Positions 42,131-56,382 of a stretch of DNA of 64,000 nucleotides are shown piece by piece. The stretch is from contig OX597822.1 in the NCBI GenBank assembly GCA_951406725.2, positions 20,894,001 through 20,958,000 on the forward strand. Reading direction: 5' to 3'. This DNA is from Octopus vulgaris. Its lineage: Eukaryota. Position 1 is the first letter of the stretch. Every line of letters begins with the position of its first letter. Below the pieces are notes generated by a model, which saw only the letters and a list, made by a program, of their open reading frames with translations, did no database searches and had not been told where the DNA came from. The position numbers were made by a program, and so were the translations under genes.

Positions 42131-44017
42131 GAAGTGGAAATGGCCATAAGAATTGTTATGTCGCATAAATGTTTTGTATTAAATAATAAGCTACAGATGT
42201 GGTCCAATAATTGATTTGTTTGTTGATATGAATTCTTTTCCATTTTCTGATTATTTATATTTATATATATGAAACATGTAAAATTACTCAGAGAAAATAG
42301 CTCGAAAGGTCTTGTGGCATGAATTAGGATTTCAAAGTTGAAAAATGTTGAACTGAATATTTTACATGATAAATTCTTAATTTAACAAAGTTTTCCTTGT
42401 GTGCAGTGCAAGAAAACAAAAATTTAGTGTTATTTGTCATTTAACAACTCTGAGAGAGAAAAGGAGATAATTTTATTAAATTATAAATAATTTCCTAGCT
42501 GAATTAACATACTAAGTGAAACCCAGATCATCTGATTATCATTTCAGAGAAGGAAGATAATCTCATTAAGAGAAATTTTCTAGAGTCGACTTGAGCCAAA
42601 AGAAAATCTATATTTCAAAACTGGTTTATTTTCAAAATATTGAAGCTCAACTATATTGCATTTCCTTTGCATAATTATTTTATTCAGCTTACTATTCTGC
42701 AAATGTTGTTATATACAACCTTTGTTGATATATCTTTTAAATTGTGAGATTTTAGAAAATGGCATCTTTGACAATCTACATGTATATGCAACAATGCTGA
42801 TAGTAGTATAGTTTATATATTTTACTTACAGCTTGTTTACAAGAAAACATTCTAGTAACAGTTTGATATTTCTGTCATGTAAGTTTTATTAACAATAATT
42901 GTGTTTTTATAGATTAGTCCAAAAGGACAATTGTCATAATATTTGCAGAACCTCCCAAGTTAGTGATGTTCATAGTTCTTATAATAAACTGGAAAATATG
43001 TGAAGAAAACAATTAACTATTGAGTTTCAATGGTGTTGCAGTTCTGAAATAAAAAAGAAAAATGAAGGATGTTTTGTATGAAATTTAAAGGTTGAATTAG
43101 ACATATGGGTATTATAAAATGAAGAAATGTGGGTAAACTGATTGAGGCTTGTGTGATATGATGTGACACATAATAGTAGAGAAGCATGAATTGTTTTAAA
43201 CATTTTGATACCAACCCAGCTGAAGCCGCCTCTAGCTCTGTAGTTCAAATGTCTTGTTTTCATAAGTTTTGAATTAAATCTCCTAACAAACCTTAGTCAC
43301 AATTTATACTCCTAACACTAGTTTAATGATAACTATCTTATTTTACTAAATTCTTTTTATATTTAAAATTAGTTGAAAGAAACACAGAGCATCTCAAAAT
43401 AAATATGGTAATGAAAGGGTTTAATTAACCTTTCTATGATAGGAACAAGACCTGAAATTTTGGGGCAAATGTTACTACTTTATCAACGCTGAAAGGATGA
43501 AATACAAAGTTGACTTTGGCAGAATTTGAACTCAGGACATGAAGCTGGATGAAAAGTTGCTAATCATTTTGTTCATTATAATATTGGCTGAAAAGACATT
43601 ACGAGTATATACTACCTCAATATATTACTGGCTGTTGTGGGTTAATGAGTTACATTTTGCTAATTAGTTCAATTATGTATTTCTCAATGCTGTTTTCTCA
43701 GATATATGAGCACTACTACTTTAAAGGGTGAACTTGGGTTTTATATAGAGCCAGCAGCATTCAGAGTTGAATTATATTTTGGCCTTTAAAAAAAAGGTTA
43801 GAAAAAATGTAATTCAGTTATGCTCTGTTATGTGATCTTCATGAAAGATCAACAGATATTGTGAGACATAGTGTTTGTAGTGACTGAGAAGGTTTTACTA
43901 AAGAGATTTTCATGAATAGAGATATTGTTTTGTGTTTCTTTAATATGATCAATTACTGTTTTGTTGTTGGTTAGGATTAGTTAGGAACGTACCTAGAATA
44001 ATGATTAATCCACAAAT

Positions 44018-44117
44018 NNNNNNNNNNNNNNNNNNNNNNNNNNNNNNNNNNNNNNNNNNNNNNNNNNNNNNNNNNNNNNNNNNNNNNNNNNNNNNNNNNN
44101 NNNNNNNNNNNNNNNNN
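44018..44117. other. Assembly gap (100 N)
   Basis: Run of n characters. Confidence 1.
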
Positions 44118-46660
44118 CTTTCATGGTGGAAATCCTCTTGGTGAAATGTCTTTGGATTGTCTCAAGCTCTGTGGTTAGTTTGACACTATGCAGTGACCAC
44201 AGTTGGGAGCAGTAGTCCAGTCGGCTTAGGACAAATGTCCTCCATAGTGTCAACATGGTCTCGCAGTCTCTTGTCCGGAATGTCCTCAGGATCCAGCCAG
44301 TGAGTCGTCTGCACATTGTCGCCACCTTCGCGATGTGTGAAGAAAAAGATGCATCGTCACTCATGTCTATCCCCAGGTCCCGTATTGATTTCGATACTGG
44401 GATTTCGATCCCTCCTGGACCAGTATAGTTGTGTTGTAATGTATATGTGTTTACAGCTTGATATTGTAAGGCTTGAAATTTACCAGCATTAAATTGCATG
44501 TTGTTGTCTTCAGCCCATTTGTATATGGCATCCAGATCTTGTTGTAAAAGGTCAGCATCAGCTGGGTTTTTGATTGCCTGTGCTACCTTTGTGTCATCAG
44601 CATAGCTAGTGAGGGATGTTGTTTGTGCTACCAAGGGCATGTCAGAGAGTGCCACCAAAAACAGCAAGGGTCCCAAGACTGTGCCCTGTGGCACCCCGCT
44701 TGCTATTGGTGTCTTTCCCGAGAGGGCTCCATTGGCTGCAACCATCTGGCTTCTGTCCTTCAGGAAGTCATGTATCCACTCACCTACTTTTCCTGTTATG
44801 CCGAGTCTGAGTAATTTGTGACATATCACTCCGTGGTCGACTTTGTCAAAGGCCTTCGCAAAGTCGAGATATACCACATCCACCTGTGAGCGATCCAGTA
44901 GTTGTTTCAGTACCCAGTCGTAGTGTTGTAACAGCTGTGTAAGGCAGCTTCTTCCTGGGTGAAAGCCATGCTGTGTGTCAGTGAGACGGTTAGTTTCTTC
45001 GAGGAACGTGATCAGTTTTTTTCTGATGATTCGTTCCATGACCTTACTTATGTGTGACGTCAGGGAGACTGGCCTGTAGTTTTTGGCCTCTGCTCTACTC
45101 CCTCCTTTGTGGATAGGGCATATGGTGCCTTCTTTTAGCGCCCTGGGCAGTTTACCGTTAGCCAAGGAACCACTGAAGAGCTTCTTCAGTGGTCCCGCTA
45201 GGAGCATGCCTGCATGATTTTAGGAGGGCTGCTGGGAATCCATCTGGTCCAGCAGCTGAGTTTATTCTCATTTCTTCTATGGCAGATATTACATCCCTCT
45301 CTGTTATGTCTATGTGGTCGATGGTTGTTGTTTGGTTTTGGAGTGTTGTGGCATCAAAGAAAACTTCTGGGTTTGTGATTTGCATGTGCCCCAGAGGGGA
45401 TGTGAACACACTTTTATACTGTTCCTTTAGTATTTCACTTATCCCTTGGGGGTCCTCAGTTAGAGAGCCCTTTTTATCAAAGAGTGGGCCAATCTTGCAG
45501 TGTACCGAGGTGGTTTCTTTCGCAAATTTAAAGAAGGCTTTAGGGTTTGTTTTAATATTCTCTATGGCCCTGGCTTCTCTCTCTGCCCTCTCCTTCTCAT
45601 AGGAAAGTTTGAGTGCAGTTTCCGTTTCAAAAAGTTTCAGGTGGAGTCCCTCATTGTTTCTCTGCCGTGCATTCAGTTGCCTCGAGAGCTTAGCTCTTCG
45701 CCTCATAAGTATTTTCCTGTCTCTGGGAATAGCGTTCCTATGCCCGCTGGCTTTTTTCTCCGGGACAAACTTATGGCATATGTTCTGTATTGTTGTCATG
45801 AAATGTTGGAAATGTGTGTTGGTGTCTTGTGTGGTGATGAAGTCACTCCAGTCATGTTTTCGGATCTCTTCGTTGATCTTCTTCCAGTTTGCCTTATGGA
45901 AGTTTAGACTGGATAGGCCTGTGGTATTTTCTAATGGCTGCGTCTCAACTAACTCTCTCATACCATATATCATTACCTCTACTAAGTTGTGATCTGAGAG
46001 AATTGTTGGTGTTACCATTATGTTGTGGATGAGCATCGGGTTGCTTGTGAAACAGAGGTCCAAGACATTCTCACCTCTTGTTGGCCAAAGCACTGCTTGC
46101 TCCATGAAAAACTTGCGTGTGAGAGCCAGCAAGGACTCTGTCTGTCTCTGTTCAAGTGATGTCATTCCAGGGAGGAGATGGCCATCTGGCCATTTGACTT
46201 TCGGAAGGTTAAAATCTCCCAGCAGTAGAATGGTGTTACCCTGGTCCAGTTTGTCCAGGACTTCTTCTATTCTTCTGAGGCTATCTTCAAACACTCCTTC
46301 ATGACTAGGGGTGTCTGGTGGCCGATATGTGACACATATTACTATTTTCGGTTGTTTCATGTGTACTATCAGTGTGTCACAGACTGAGTTTGAGTGTGTC
46401 AACAGTACTATGGGTGTGACATCTTCACGGACGTACAGGGCAACCCCACCATGAGTTCTTTCCTTCCTGTCCGACCGAAAAACAGTATACTTCGGTATGT
46501 GTATTTCTGCATCTGCTATACTGCTTGACAGGTGCGTTTCAGTCAGCGCTATGCATATTGCATGGTTGCTTGTGCTCAAGTCCCTAAGGTAAGGAATTTT
46601 ACCCATATTAGTGGGTTTCACCAGACCTCTGACATTCAGCAGAAGCACTGGTGAGACACC
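44118..46660 (-). mobile_element. CR1-clade LINE ORF2 (APE endonuclease plus RT), one frameshift near 45200, 3' end lost in the gap
   Basis: APE motifs NVRGL, LTETHL, GGVALYV, YRPP, GDFNLP, PTRGENVLDL, SDHN; RT motifs NYRPVSLTS, DFAKAFDKVDH, GVPQGTVLGPLLF, YADDTK, LDYCSQLWS. Confidence 0.93.
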
Positions 46661-46685
46661 CGGGATTCAGACACTTAACACCGGG

Positions 46686-47835
<1,150 letters not shown>

Positions 47836-47836
<1 letters not shown>

Positions 47837-48611
47837 ATATTAGGGAATAAATCCAAACTTACAGGGAAAAATTAGATTTAGGATTAAATCCAATTTTATA
47901 GCATAAATATATAATATTATATTATATTAAATTAGAGATAAAACCACTATTAGGCAAATCAAACAGTGAAAAACATAAGCCAATACATAAAATTAATTAA
48001 AAAATATAAAAGTTAAAAATAAAAAATTATATAAATAATTTAAACTTATAAATTTTATATATATATACAAATATATATATATATGTATTTATATTTTTAT
48101 ATTTACATATTATTTTATTTATTAATTAATTAATTAATTTTTTAAAATATATTTTTAAATATCAAAAGTATTAAAAGTTTAATAAATGATAAAGAGTAAA
48201 ACACTACGATCGTTTCATGGCTGTACCAATTCGAATAACAATAATTTAAATTCAATTAATAATTCGAGTTATGGTTACAGTCAATCTTCAGGTTAATTGA
48301 GATATTTTTAAAATAATCAGAAATATTTAAACAATATTTTTAAGATATAAATAATATAATAATTTTACTTATAATAAACTCTATTATCAAACTAGAAACT
48401 TAAAACTTAACAATTATGATTATATCAAAATCGATTATAATGTTAAATATTAATTTTAATTTATAAGGTAAGAAACCCACCAATAATCTGATATCGGTAA
48501 TAGTCTATATCTAATAACATAAATATTTTTTTAAAAATGACTATTATATATAAATTATCAATGAAAATATATAAATGTATATAAATATTATAATTAAGAT
48601 CTTAAATAATC
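47836..48611 (-). mobile_element. PLE pLTR-like AT-rich arm (left arm of an approximately 690-bp inverted repeat, plus an extra terminal segment)
   Basis: 47918-48611 is a near-exact reverse complement of 51004-51699 and contains an HHR motif. Confidence 0.8.
48197..48298 (-). ncRNA. Hammerhead-like motif with long stem II (minus copy)
   Basis: Reverse complement of 51317-51417. Confidence 0.65.
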
Positions 48612-50617
48612 GGTTAATATAGGGCGTGACAAATATCAGAAAATCAAAAAAAAATGTGTGTAATAGGTGTAAAACAACTTCCTATGAACGAATATGAAAA
48701 AAAAATTCGCGCACGCGAAAGGGTGGGTGGGGGAGAGGCCTCGGAAAATTCACATCGAGAAGTTCCGAAAGCGTCTGAGGGGCTGACCCGGGCACCAAAA
48801 CAAAAAAAAAATAGTGTAATATGTGTAAAACAACTTGCTCTAAACGAATATGAAAAAATGCGCTCTCGCGAAAGAGGGGTGGGGGAGAGGCCTCGGAAAA
48901 TTTATATCGGGAATTTCCGAAAGCGTCTTAACCGGGCACAAAAACAAAAACAAAAACAGCGTAATAGGTGTAAAAAAAATTGCTCTAAACGAATATGACA
49001 AAAAAAATGCGCGCTCGCAAAAGTGGGGTGGGGGAGAGGCTTCAGAAATTCACACATGAATCATAAACTCCGTATTTTTGTACATATTTCGCAAAAAAAA
49101 AAATAAAGAGAAGAAATTCTGGAAAAAGTGAAGAAATGTTGGATCTCCGCCATGTGAATCAAAATACGTGTCAGAAACATCTTGAAATACTACAGAAATT
49201 ATGTTACGAAAATGATAATGTATACATACCTCTTTGAGTGGTCCATCGACAGTGTTGATAAAGAAATGAGATGGGTTGCGTTTGGAGGAAAAAATTATCG
49301 CGGGCCAGGATAAAGACTTGCTGCTGCCAATAAGAATACGTGTATTCTCTTGGCAGCAGGTCTGATGCTGTCCAAAAAAAGGAACTTCGCCATGTATTGT
49401 TTTAGGTAACAGGCACGAATGCCTGGGCGAACAACCGATTTCTTCACTGACCCCCACAATCTCTCTATCGTCTGTGTGTGCACCGACGCGTTTGTCGGAT
49501 CCACAAAGTTTTCGCTGTGGTTGACGCGGAAGTGAGTATACCCGATATTTCCAAGAGAGCTATATGCACCCCAAGAATCACTATATACTACCGACCCTTG
49601 GCGTATATATCGGGTAATTAAGGGGATCAGTGTGGCGGCATCTCGCCTTTCCTCTTCACCACACTCAGATGAAAGAGGTATCAAAAATTTCTTTTTGGCT
49701 ACCCGCTCGATTCCACCGAAGAGCCAAATAGTTTTTGTGAGTCTTCCTCGATTGTATTTCCTCCTTACAATAACAGATTCGTCGATCTCCACTTCAACTC
49801 CTGGTCCACCGATTTGGTCCTGGTAATTCTCTACCCAATGTTGACAAACCTCGGAGCAGAAGGATCGCCAATCAATTGAGGTCGAATTCGAAATTTTCAA
49901 ATTTTCAACGACTAATGCGTGCGACCAACAGTCTGTGAGGAAGTAATTCACAAATAACAAGATCTGACATGGTGGTAGCTGGCTCCGCTCCAAAAATGTG
50001 TTGCTGTATAGGGATATTAAATATCCACATTGCGTTGGCCTTTGCCTTCGACGGCGAACAGTCCTTCTACATGGGAAGATGTTTGTATTTCCTCGCAATG
50101 TACACATGGTAAATTGCATCTAGGGCAGTCAACTGTGCGGGGAATGATATTATGTTTTCGAAAGAAATCTAATCCCTCAATGTCATTAGTAAATCGGCGA
50201 ATCCCATCCTGTAATGTTAATTCACATGAATTGCAAAGTGCCATTCTCTATCATAAAACTTAACGCTTGTGTATCTACGAGTGAAATGAATATATGCACT
50301 TGTTCTGTACCAAGGAGCGGGAAATCCTCCACACCTGAAGAATGGATGAGTAAACACTGGTCAATGAAAGGTCAGTCTTTTGTCTAAGAACAGTTGTTTA
50401 CAAGACGAGGACAGTTGTCCTTAAGAACAACTGTCCTTAAGGACAGTTGTCCTTAAGGACAACTTGAATAGAACTTGGTACCAACTATCGTCTTGTAAAC
50501 AACTGTTCTTAGACAAAAGACTTTTTTTTTTCATATTCGTTCATAGGAAGTTGTTTTACACCTATTACACACATTTTATTTTTGATTTTCTGATAGACGT
50601 AACGCCCTATATTAACC
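48612..50617 (-). mobile_element. Merlin-superfamily (IS1595-like) DNA transposon
   Basis: About 95-bp imperfect TIRs starting GGTTAATATAGGGCG and ending CGCCCTATATTAACC; encodes a DDE transposase. Confidence 0.93.
49295..50244 (-). CDS. Merlin/ISXO2-type DDE transposase with N-terminal Cys motifs, one frameshift near 50085
   Basis: VEIDES, RKYNRGR, WLFGGIER, VYSDSWGAY, HFRVNHSENFVDP, HTQTIERLW; the N-terminus with CPRC is in ORF 50017-50244. Confidence 0.88.
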
Positions 50618-51699
50618 GGCTTTTGTATATACACGTATTAATAGTATTAATTGTAATTTTAAATTTCTTATAATTAAAATTAGATAAACTTTGATAAACT
50701 TAGATGTTTCGACTAAAGATTGGTCCAGGCTATGTCTAACTTAATAGCGTAACTTAGTTATTGTCTTTTTAAATTGATATTCACTAGTTATTCCCATTGA
50801 TAATTATATTTATAGTATTTATAGTATTTATTCGATACTATATAACTACGAATTGATTATTTCTATAAGTATTTTAAATAAGATTTCCGAAAGTTCGTTT
50901 AAGTTTGTTTGTTTGTATTTTTGAAATTAGCTATTTCATCTTTAAATATGAAAAATTAATTTATTAGGTCTTTATTATATGTGCATATATATTTATTTAT
51001 AGAGATTATTTTAGATCTTAATTATAATATTTATATACATTTATATATTTTCATTGATAATTTATATATAATAGTCATTTTTAAAAAAATATTTATGTTA
51101 TTAGATATAGACTATTACCGATATCAGATTATTGGTGGGTTTCTTACCTTATAAATTAAAATTAATATTTAACATTATAATCGATTTTGATATAATCATA
51201 ATTGTTAAGTTTTAAGTTTCTAGTTTGATAATAGAGTTTATTATAAGTAAAATTATTATATTATTTATATCTTAAAAATATTGTTTAAATATTTCTGATT
51301 ATTTTAAAAATATCTCAATTAACCTGAAGATTGACTGTAACCATAACTCGAATTATTAATTGAATTTAAATTATTGTTATTCGAATTGGTACAGCCATGA
51401 AACGATCGTAGTGTTTTACTCTTTATCTTTTATTAAACTTTTAATACTTTTGATATTTAAAAATATATTTAAAAAAAAATTAATTAATTAATTAATAAAT
51501 AAAATAATATGTAAATATAAAAATATAAATACATATATATATATATTTGTATATATATATAAAATTTATAAGTTTAAATTATTTATATAATTTTTTATTT
51601 TTAACTTTTATATTTTTTAATTAATTTTATGTATTGGCTTATGTTTTTCACTGTTTGATTTGCCTAATAGTGGTTTTATCTCTAATTTAATATAATATA
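50618..51699 (+). mobile_element. PLE pLTR-like AT-rich segment (right arm of the inverted repeat from 51004)
   Basis: Reverse complement of the left arm; ends in (TA)n. Confidence 0.75.
51317..51417 (+). ncRNA. Hammerhead-like motif with long stem II (plus copy)
   Basis: CTGAAGA at 51324-51330, stem II TGACTGT..ACCA/TGGT.ACAGCCA with inner TCGAAT/ATTCGA, GAAAC at 51399-51403, palindromic stem III ACGATCGT, GUA site; stem I is weak. Confidence 0.65.
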
Positions 51700-51730
51700 T
51701 ATATATATAACTATATATATATATATATAT

Positions 51731-51764
<34 letters not shown>

Positions 51765-52223
51765 ACTTTACATTGAGGAGTGCAACATACAATTTTCTGA
51801 AAGTCAAAAGGCTTCATGGTCCCACCAGACAAAATGAAAAAGATGTTGCCCCAGAGGATGACAAGGGAGATATAGTGGAACAACCACCCTGACTCTGACT
51901 TACAGGGCTCACAGATGTGGGCAACCACCTCCATCTCCTTTAGCAGTGATTGTTTCTTTGTTGAAATGAGTGAAATAATTATTTATTGATTTGTAACATC
52001 TGTACATTTAAAGAGAGGTGTTGCAGTTGATTAAATTGATCTCTAGTGTTTAACTAGTACTTTAGTTAATTGGTCTTGGACAAATAAAAAGCAAAGTTGA
52101 CCTCAGCAGAATTTGAACATAGAATGTATCTTTCTAAATACTGTTAGGCATTTTGTCTGGCACTATCAGGAATTTGCCAAATTTATCATTAATTGTTAAT
52201 TCCACCATATCTATACTACTTCA

Positions 52224-52432
52224 AGGAGGTGATCTAGCAGAATCGTTAGCATGCTGGGCAAAATGCTTAGCGGTATTTTGCTGCTATGTTCTGAGGTAAA
52301 ATTCTACCGAGGTTGACTTTGCCTTTCGACCGTTCAGGATTGATAAATTGAGTACCAGTGAAATATTGGGGTCGATGTCATCGACTAGCCCCCTCCCCAA
52401 AAATGTCAGGCCTTGTGCCTTCAGTAGAAAGG
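52224..52432 (+). mobile_element. Nin-domain-like SINE
   Basis: AAGGAGGTGATCTAGCAGAATCGTTAGC..GAGGTTGACTTTGCCTTTC..GATAAATTGAGTACCAG; an opposite-orientation copy lies at about 52015-52185. Confidence 0.8.
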
Positions 52433-53189
52433 ATATCTATACTATTTCATTCATAGAATTTGCCATAAAATTTCACTCTAGTCTATGTTGCTCGACTGCT
52501 AGAAGAAAGCAAATACACAAAATATAATGTATCTTTTCATACATACATCATTAATATCTTTAGACACATATCTATGTTACACATAATTCAGTCAGCAGGA
52601 TTTAACATTACTAACCATAGACTGGTATCTTGTACTGAGCAAATTTTCTCTTGTCTGATTTATGTTAAGTACTAAACAGCAGATCTATATATTCATGTAA
52701 CACATACAATTATTTATTTCACAAGCACATTGGTATACAAATACAGTTTTCATGATGAACATTCAGTTATTTAATCAATGGAATAACCTGCTCATTATAT
52801 AAGCATGCAAACAGCTGAATGTTCCACAAATATGAATACTGTTAATGTAATTTTTAAGTAGATTCAGCATATTAGATCTTACAAGGTTGGACCTCTGGAT
52901 TATAGGTACAATCTATGTGACAAGTTTCACCTCAGCTTCTACTTGCTAGGTTTCCCTTGCAAGGCTTGGGATGGGTAAAAATTGAGTAAAAGACACCTGC
53001 CCAAGATGGTATTGCATAATTTTGAAGTAAACTACTTAACCATTCATACATAGACACACATGCACACTCACATGTATACCTCCCCCATACACATGTACAT
53101 ATGCATACAACAGGCTTCTGTGCGATAAGATTGTGATGCAAACTTCTCAACCACACATATTTCTATTTCTCTCTCTTCTATCCATGTGT

Positions 53190-53598
53190 GTCATCATCAT
53201 CATCATCATCATCGTTTAACGTCCGCTTTCCATGCTAGCATGGGTTGGACTATTTGACTGAGGGCTGGTGACCCAGATGGCTGCACCAGGCTTCAATCTT
53301 GATCTGGCAGAGTTCCGACAGCTGGTTGCCCTTCCTAATGCCAATCACTCCATGAGTGTAGTGGGTGCTTTTACGTGCCACCGGCACGGGGCCAGTTAGG
53401 GGTACTGGCAATGACCTCACTCGAATCTTTTACACATGCCACCGGCACAGGTGCCAATAAGGCGATGCTGGTAACGATCACGCTCGAATGGTGCTCTTAA
53501 CACCCTACTAGCATGGGGCTCGAGTACCAGTCAGGCGACGCTGGTAACGATCACATATGAATGGTGCCTTTTATGTGCCACTGGCATGGAGGCCGGTT
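53190..53598 (-). mobile_element. SINE/LINE 3'-tail repeat ending in (ATG)n, with internal duplication
   Basis: Same family as 23955-24348; AGGCGA.GCTGGTAACGATCAC occurs twice. Confidence 0.75.
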
Positions 53599-56105
53599 AC
53601 TATAGCTATATTCTTTTTTGCTACTTTTTGCTTAGTAGAGAAATAGAATGTCTGCAAACTTTTAAATATGTTAAAAGACCGTTTTGGTATCATTACCATG
53701 ATGTAGCTTAAATTTATTACATACTGTTACTGTATACAAAATATCAGATTAAGTTTACTTCACAAACACATGTATAAACATTTCCACCCATTAGTCTTAC
53801 AGTTACTACTGATTATTTAGAACGCCGTTTAAACTTTATATTCTAATGGGGAAAAATGGCTTCATTAAAAGATTTTTTTGTAGTTCAGCTTTGTTTATCC
53901 ATGTAGTTTGCATAATAACACCCAACCATTGTTTATTTGAACTTGAGCTGTGAGTTCTTATTTCTCTTTTATTGAAACCAAATGCTTGAATATATAGATT
54001 TCTTTTTATAACTGTTGTAAGTAACTCACTACTACATCAGTCTACAAATTGAATTATTGCAAGAAGTATTTCTACAGAATATAAAAACCAATCTCAACAT
54101 TAAAATCATTATCTGCAAATAAATTTCTTTGAGGATTTGGATAGATGATAGAGTGTAGAATCTTGTTGGAAAATATTTATTTCGTTATTCTTTTTCTCTT
54201 TTTGTCTTGAATACTATATTTTATTCCAAATTTTTCATGTATATTTAATGCTTTTTATATGGAATATTAAATCCGCCCTAACTCCTACAGTATTCATGCT
54301 TTATTATCTTGAGTTTAGTGTTGGAATTCATTCTTTGATAAATATTATTTATTTAAAATTTACCCACTTGTGATTGCATGCACTTATCAAAAAATGTGAC
54401 AAAATCTGAAAATAGAAGTGTTAGCTACAAAGAGACGCTTATCATTAAATAGTGTTTTTCTAATAAATATATGTTCTTATATATCTAAGTAAATGCAGAG
54501 TCTTCCACAAATCATTTCACAGATAAAGGATATTTGTATATATGAATTTAAGCATTTAAATATTTTATATGAGAGAATTTATTTAAAATGCTTTCTACTT
54601 TCTCTTGCAATTCAATATGATCCTTTCTCTATTACAGTTAACAAAGTGGATGGTCCTTTCAATCATTCAAAAACTATCTTTTACCAAGAATTCTACTCCT
54701 CCTCACCCACTTAATTATTATGTAGCAGGCCTTTCCATCAAAATCATTACAGGTGTGACTTCATACTGAAAAGTCACAGTTGTTCTAGTTAACACTGGCA
54801 TATTAACCCAATAAATAATGGTTCACCAGATTTTATTTTGCTAATGAGGCCTAACAAGACTGAAACATTTTCCAAATTTTTACCATATTGCCAAAACAAA
54901 ATCCCTCCCTATTGCATTCTGTTTCTTTTTATTTTTATTCTGTCTTATATTAATTTTGACTAACTTGAAATCACAACAGGTGTGATTTGTATTGATTAAA
55001 ACATTCTCTCTCAATACCATATGTACATTAACACCCATTTTTTAAATTTATATTCTGCTGCACTATTTTTCTAGCAAAAACATTCAGTTTTCACTGGCTT
55101 AGTTCAAGAAGCTGCAACTATGTGATATATAGGGAAGGATACAAAACATACTGTCATAAATAAGCTGGGCATTGTACTCCTGGCATGTTTAAGTTTCTAT
55201 TTATTGCTGGTGTTAAGATATCCCATGAGACAGATTAGTTTCTGGAGAGAAAGTAGATGGTATCAGAACTATTATTTTCTAAGGTAAGGCAACAGTGGCA
55301 CTCCTATAGTTCCTTTCACAGAAACAATTAATTAATCAATTAATTAATCAATGAATCAGCCATAAAAATAGACATAGTTCCTCATAACAATGTAACAAAT
55401 CACAAGGTAATGCAATATAATGCAAACGATAGAGCTTTAATCAGCAGCTGTTGTATGTAGTACAATAACTACTGGATCATGCAGTAGAAGTGGGCAGTAC
55501 ATAAACCCTGAAGGGAGAGATAATAAACTCAAAGGGCTTGGCAACAGAGCGTAACACAATAAACACAAACATATAGCAGATCATTAACGGTAATTAAAAT
55601 ATTTATTGAAATAAGTGGTGGAAATAATATTTACTTCTGATTTAGTTTAGGCAGATCTACAATAGATAAGAAGCAAATGGAGAAGCTGTACGCAAACATA
55701 AGATAGCTGACCATGCTTATATTTGTATACATGTATGTCTGCGTGTTTGTGTGCATTTGTTGAATAGAAATCAGGCAGTGTACATTTATATCATTTATAT
55801 GAACTAAATGTGAACCTATTGTAGTTCCAGCCTAGGGTTGGTGAGAATCGAAATATCAGATAGGATATTTTGGTTGTGTTCAACAGAGAAACCAACACTA
55901 TGAAGTACTCAGCATTTTTAGAGGCTGGTCCAAATCTCACACTACTTTGAAGAGTATATTGTTGGTATACTCTAGGGTGTCCAACAAGTCATAAATTCCC
56001 TTGGTGTATTATAATCAATTGAATAATAACAAATGATGGATAATTGTCAGCTCATTACAGCTGTAATGAACTGACAATAATCCATTGTATGCTACTATTC
56101 ATTTG

Positions 56106-56166
<61 letters not shown>

Positions 56167-56322
56167 ATACACACATATATATATATATACATATACATAG
56201 TATACATAATATACATATATATACATATACATAATATACATGTATATGGATATACATATATATATATATGTGCATATGCATATACATATACATATATATA
56301 TGTGCATATATATATATATATA

Positions 56323-56382
<60 letters not shown>

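Noticed and set aside
45189-46304. Plus-strand ORFs of 94-137 aa
   Set aside because: Antisense shadows of the CR1 ORF2.
48655-49055. Regularly spaced repeats superficially like a CRISPR array
   Set aside because: The whole 150-bp units are similar with no unique spacers, they lie inside Merlin TIRs, and the context is eukaryotic with no cas genes.
49295-50244. Possible bacterial IS1595 contamination
   Set aside because: The motifs (RKYNRGR, GGIER, VNHSENFVDP) and long TIRs fit eukaryotic Merlin, and the element is embedded in host repeats.
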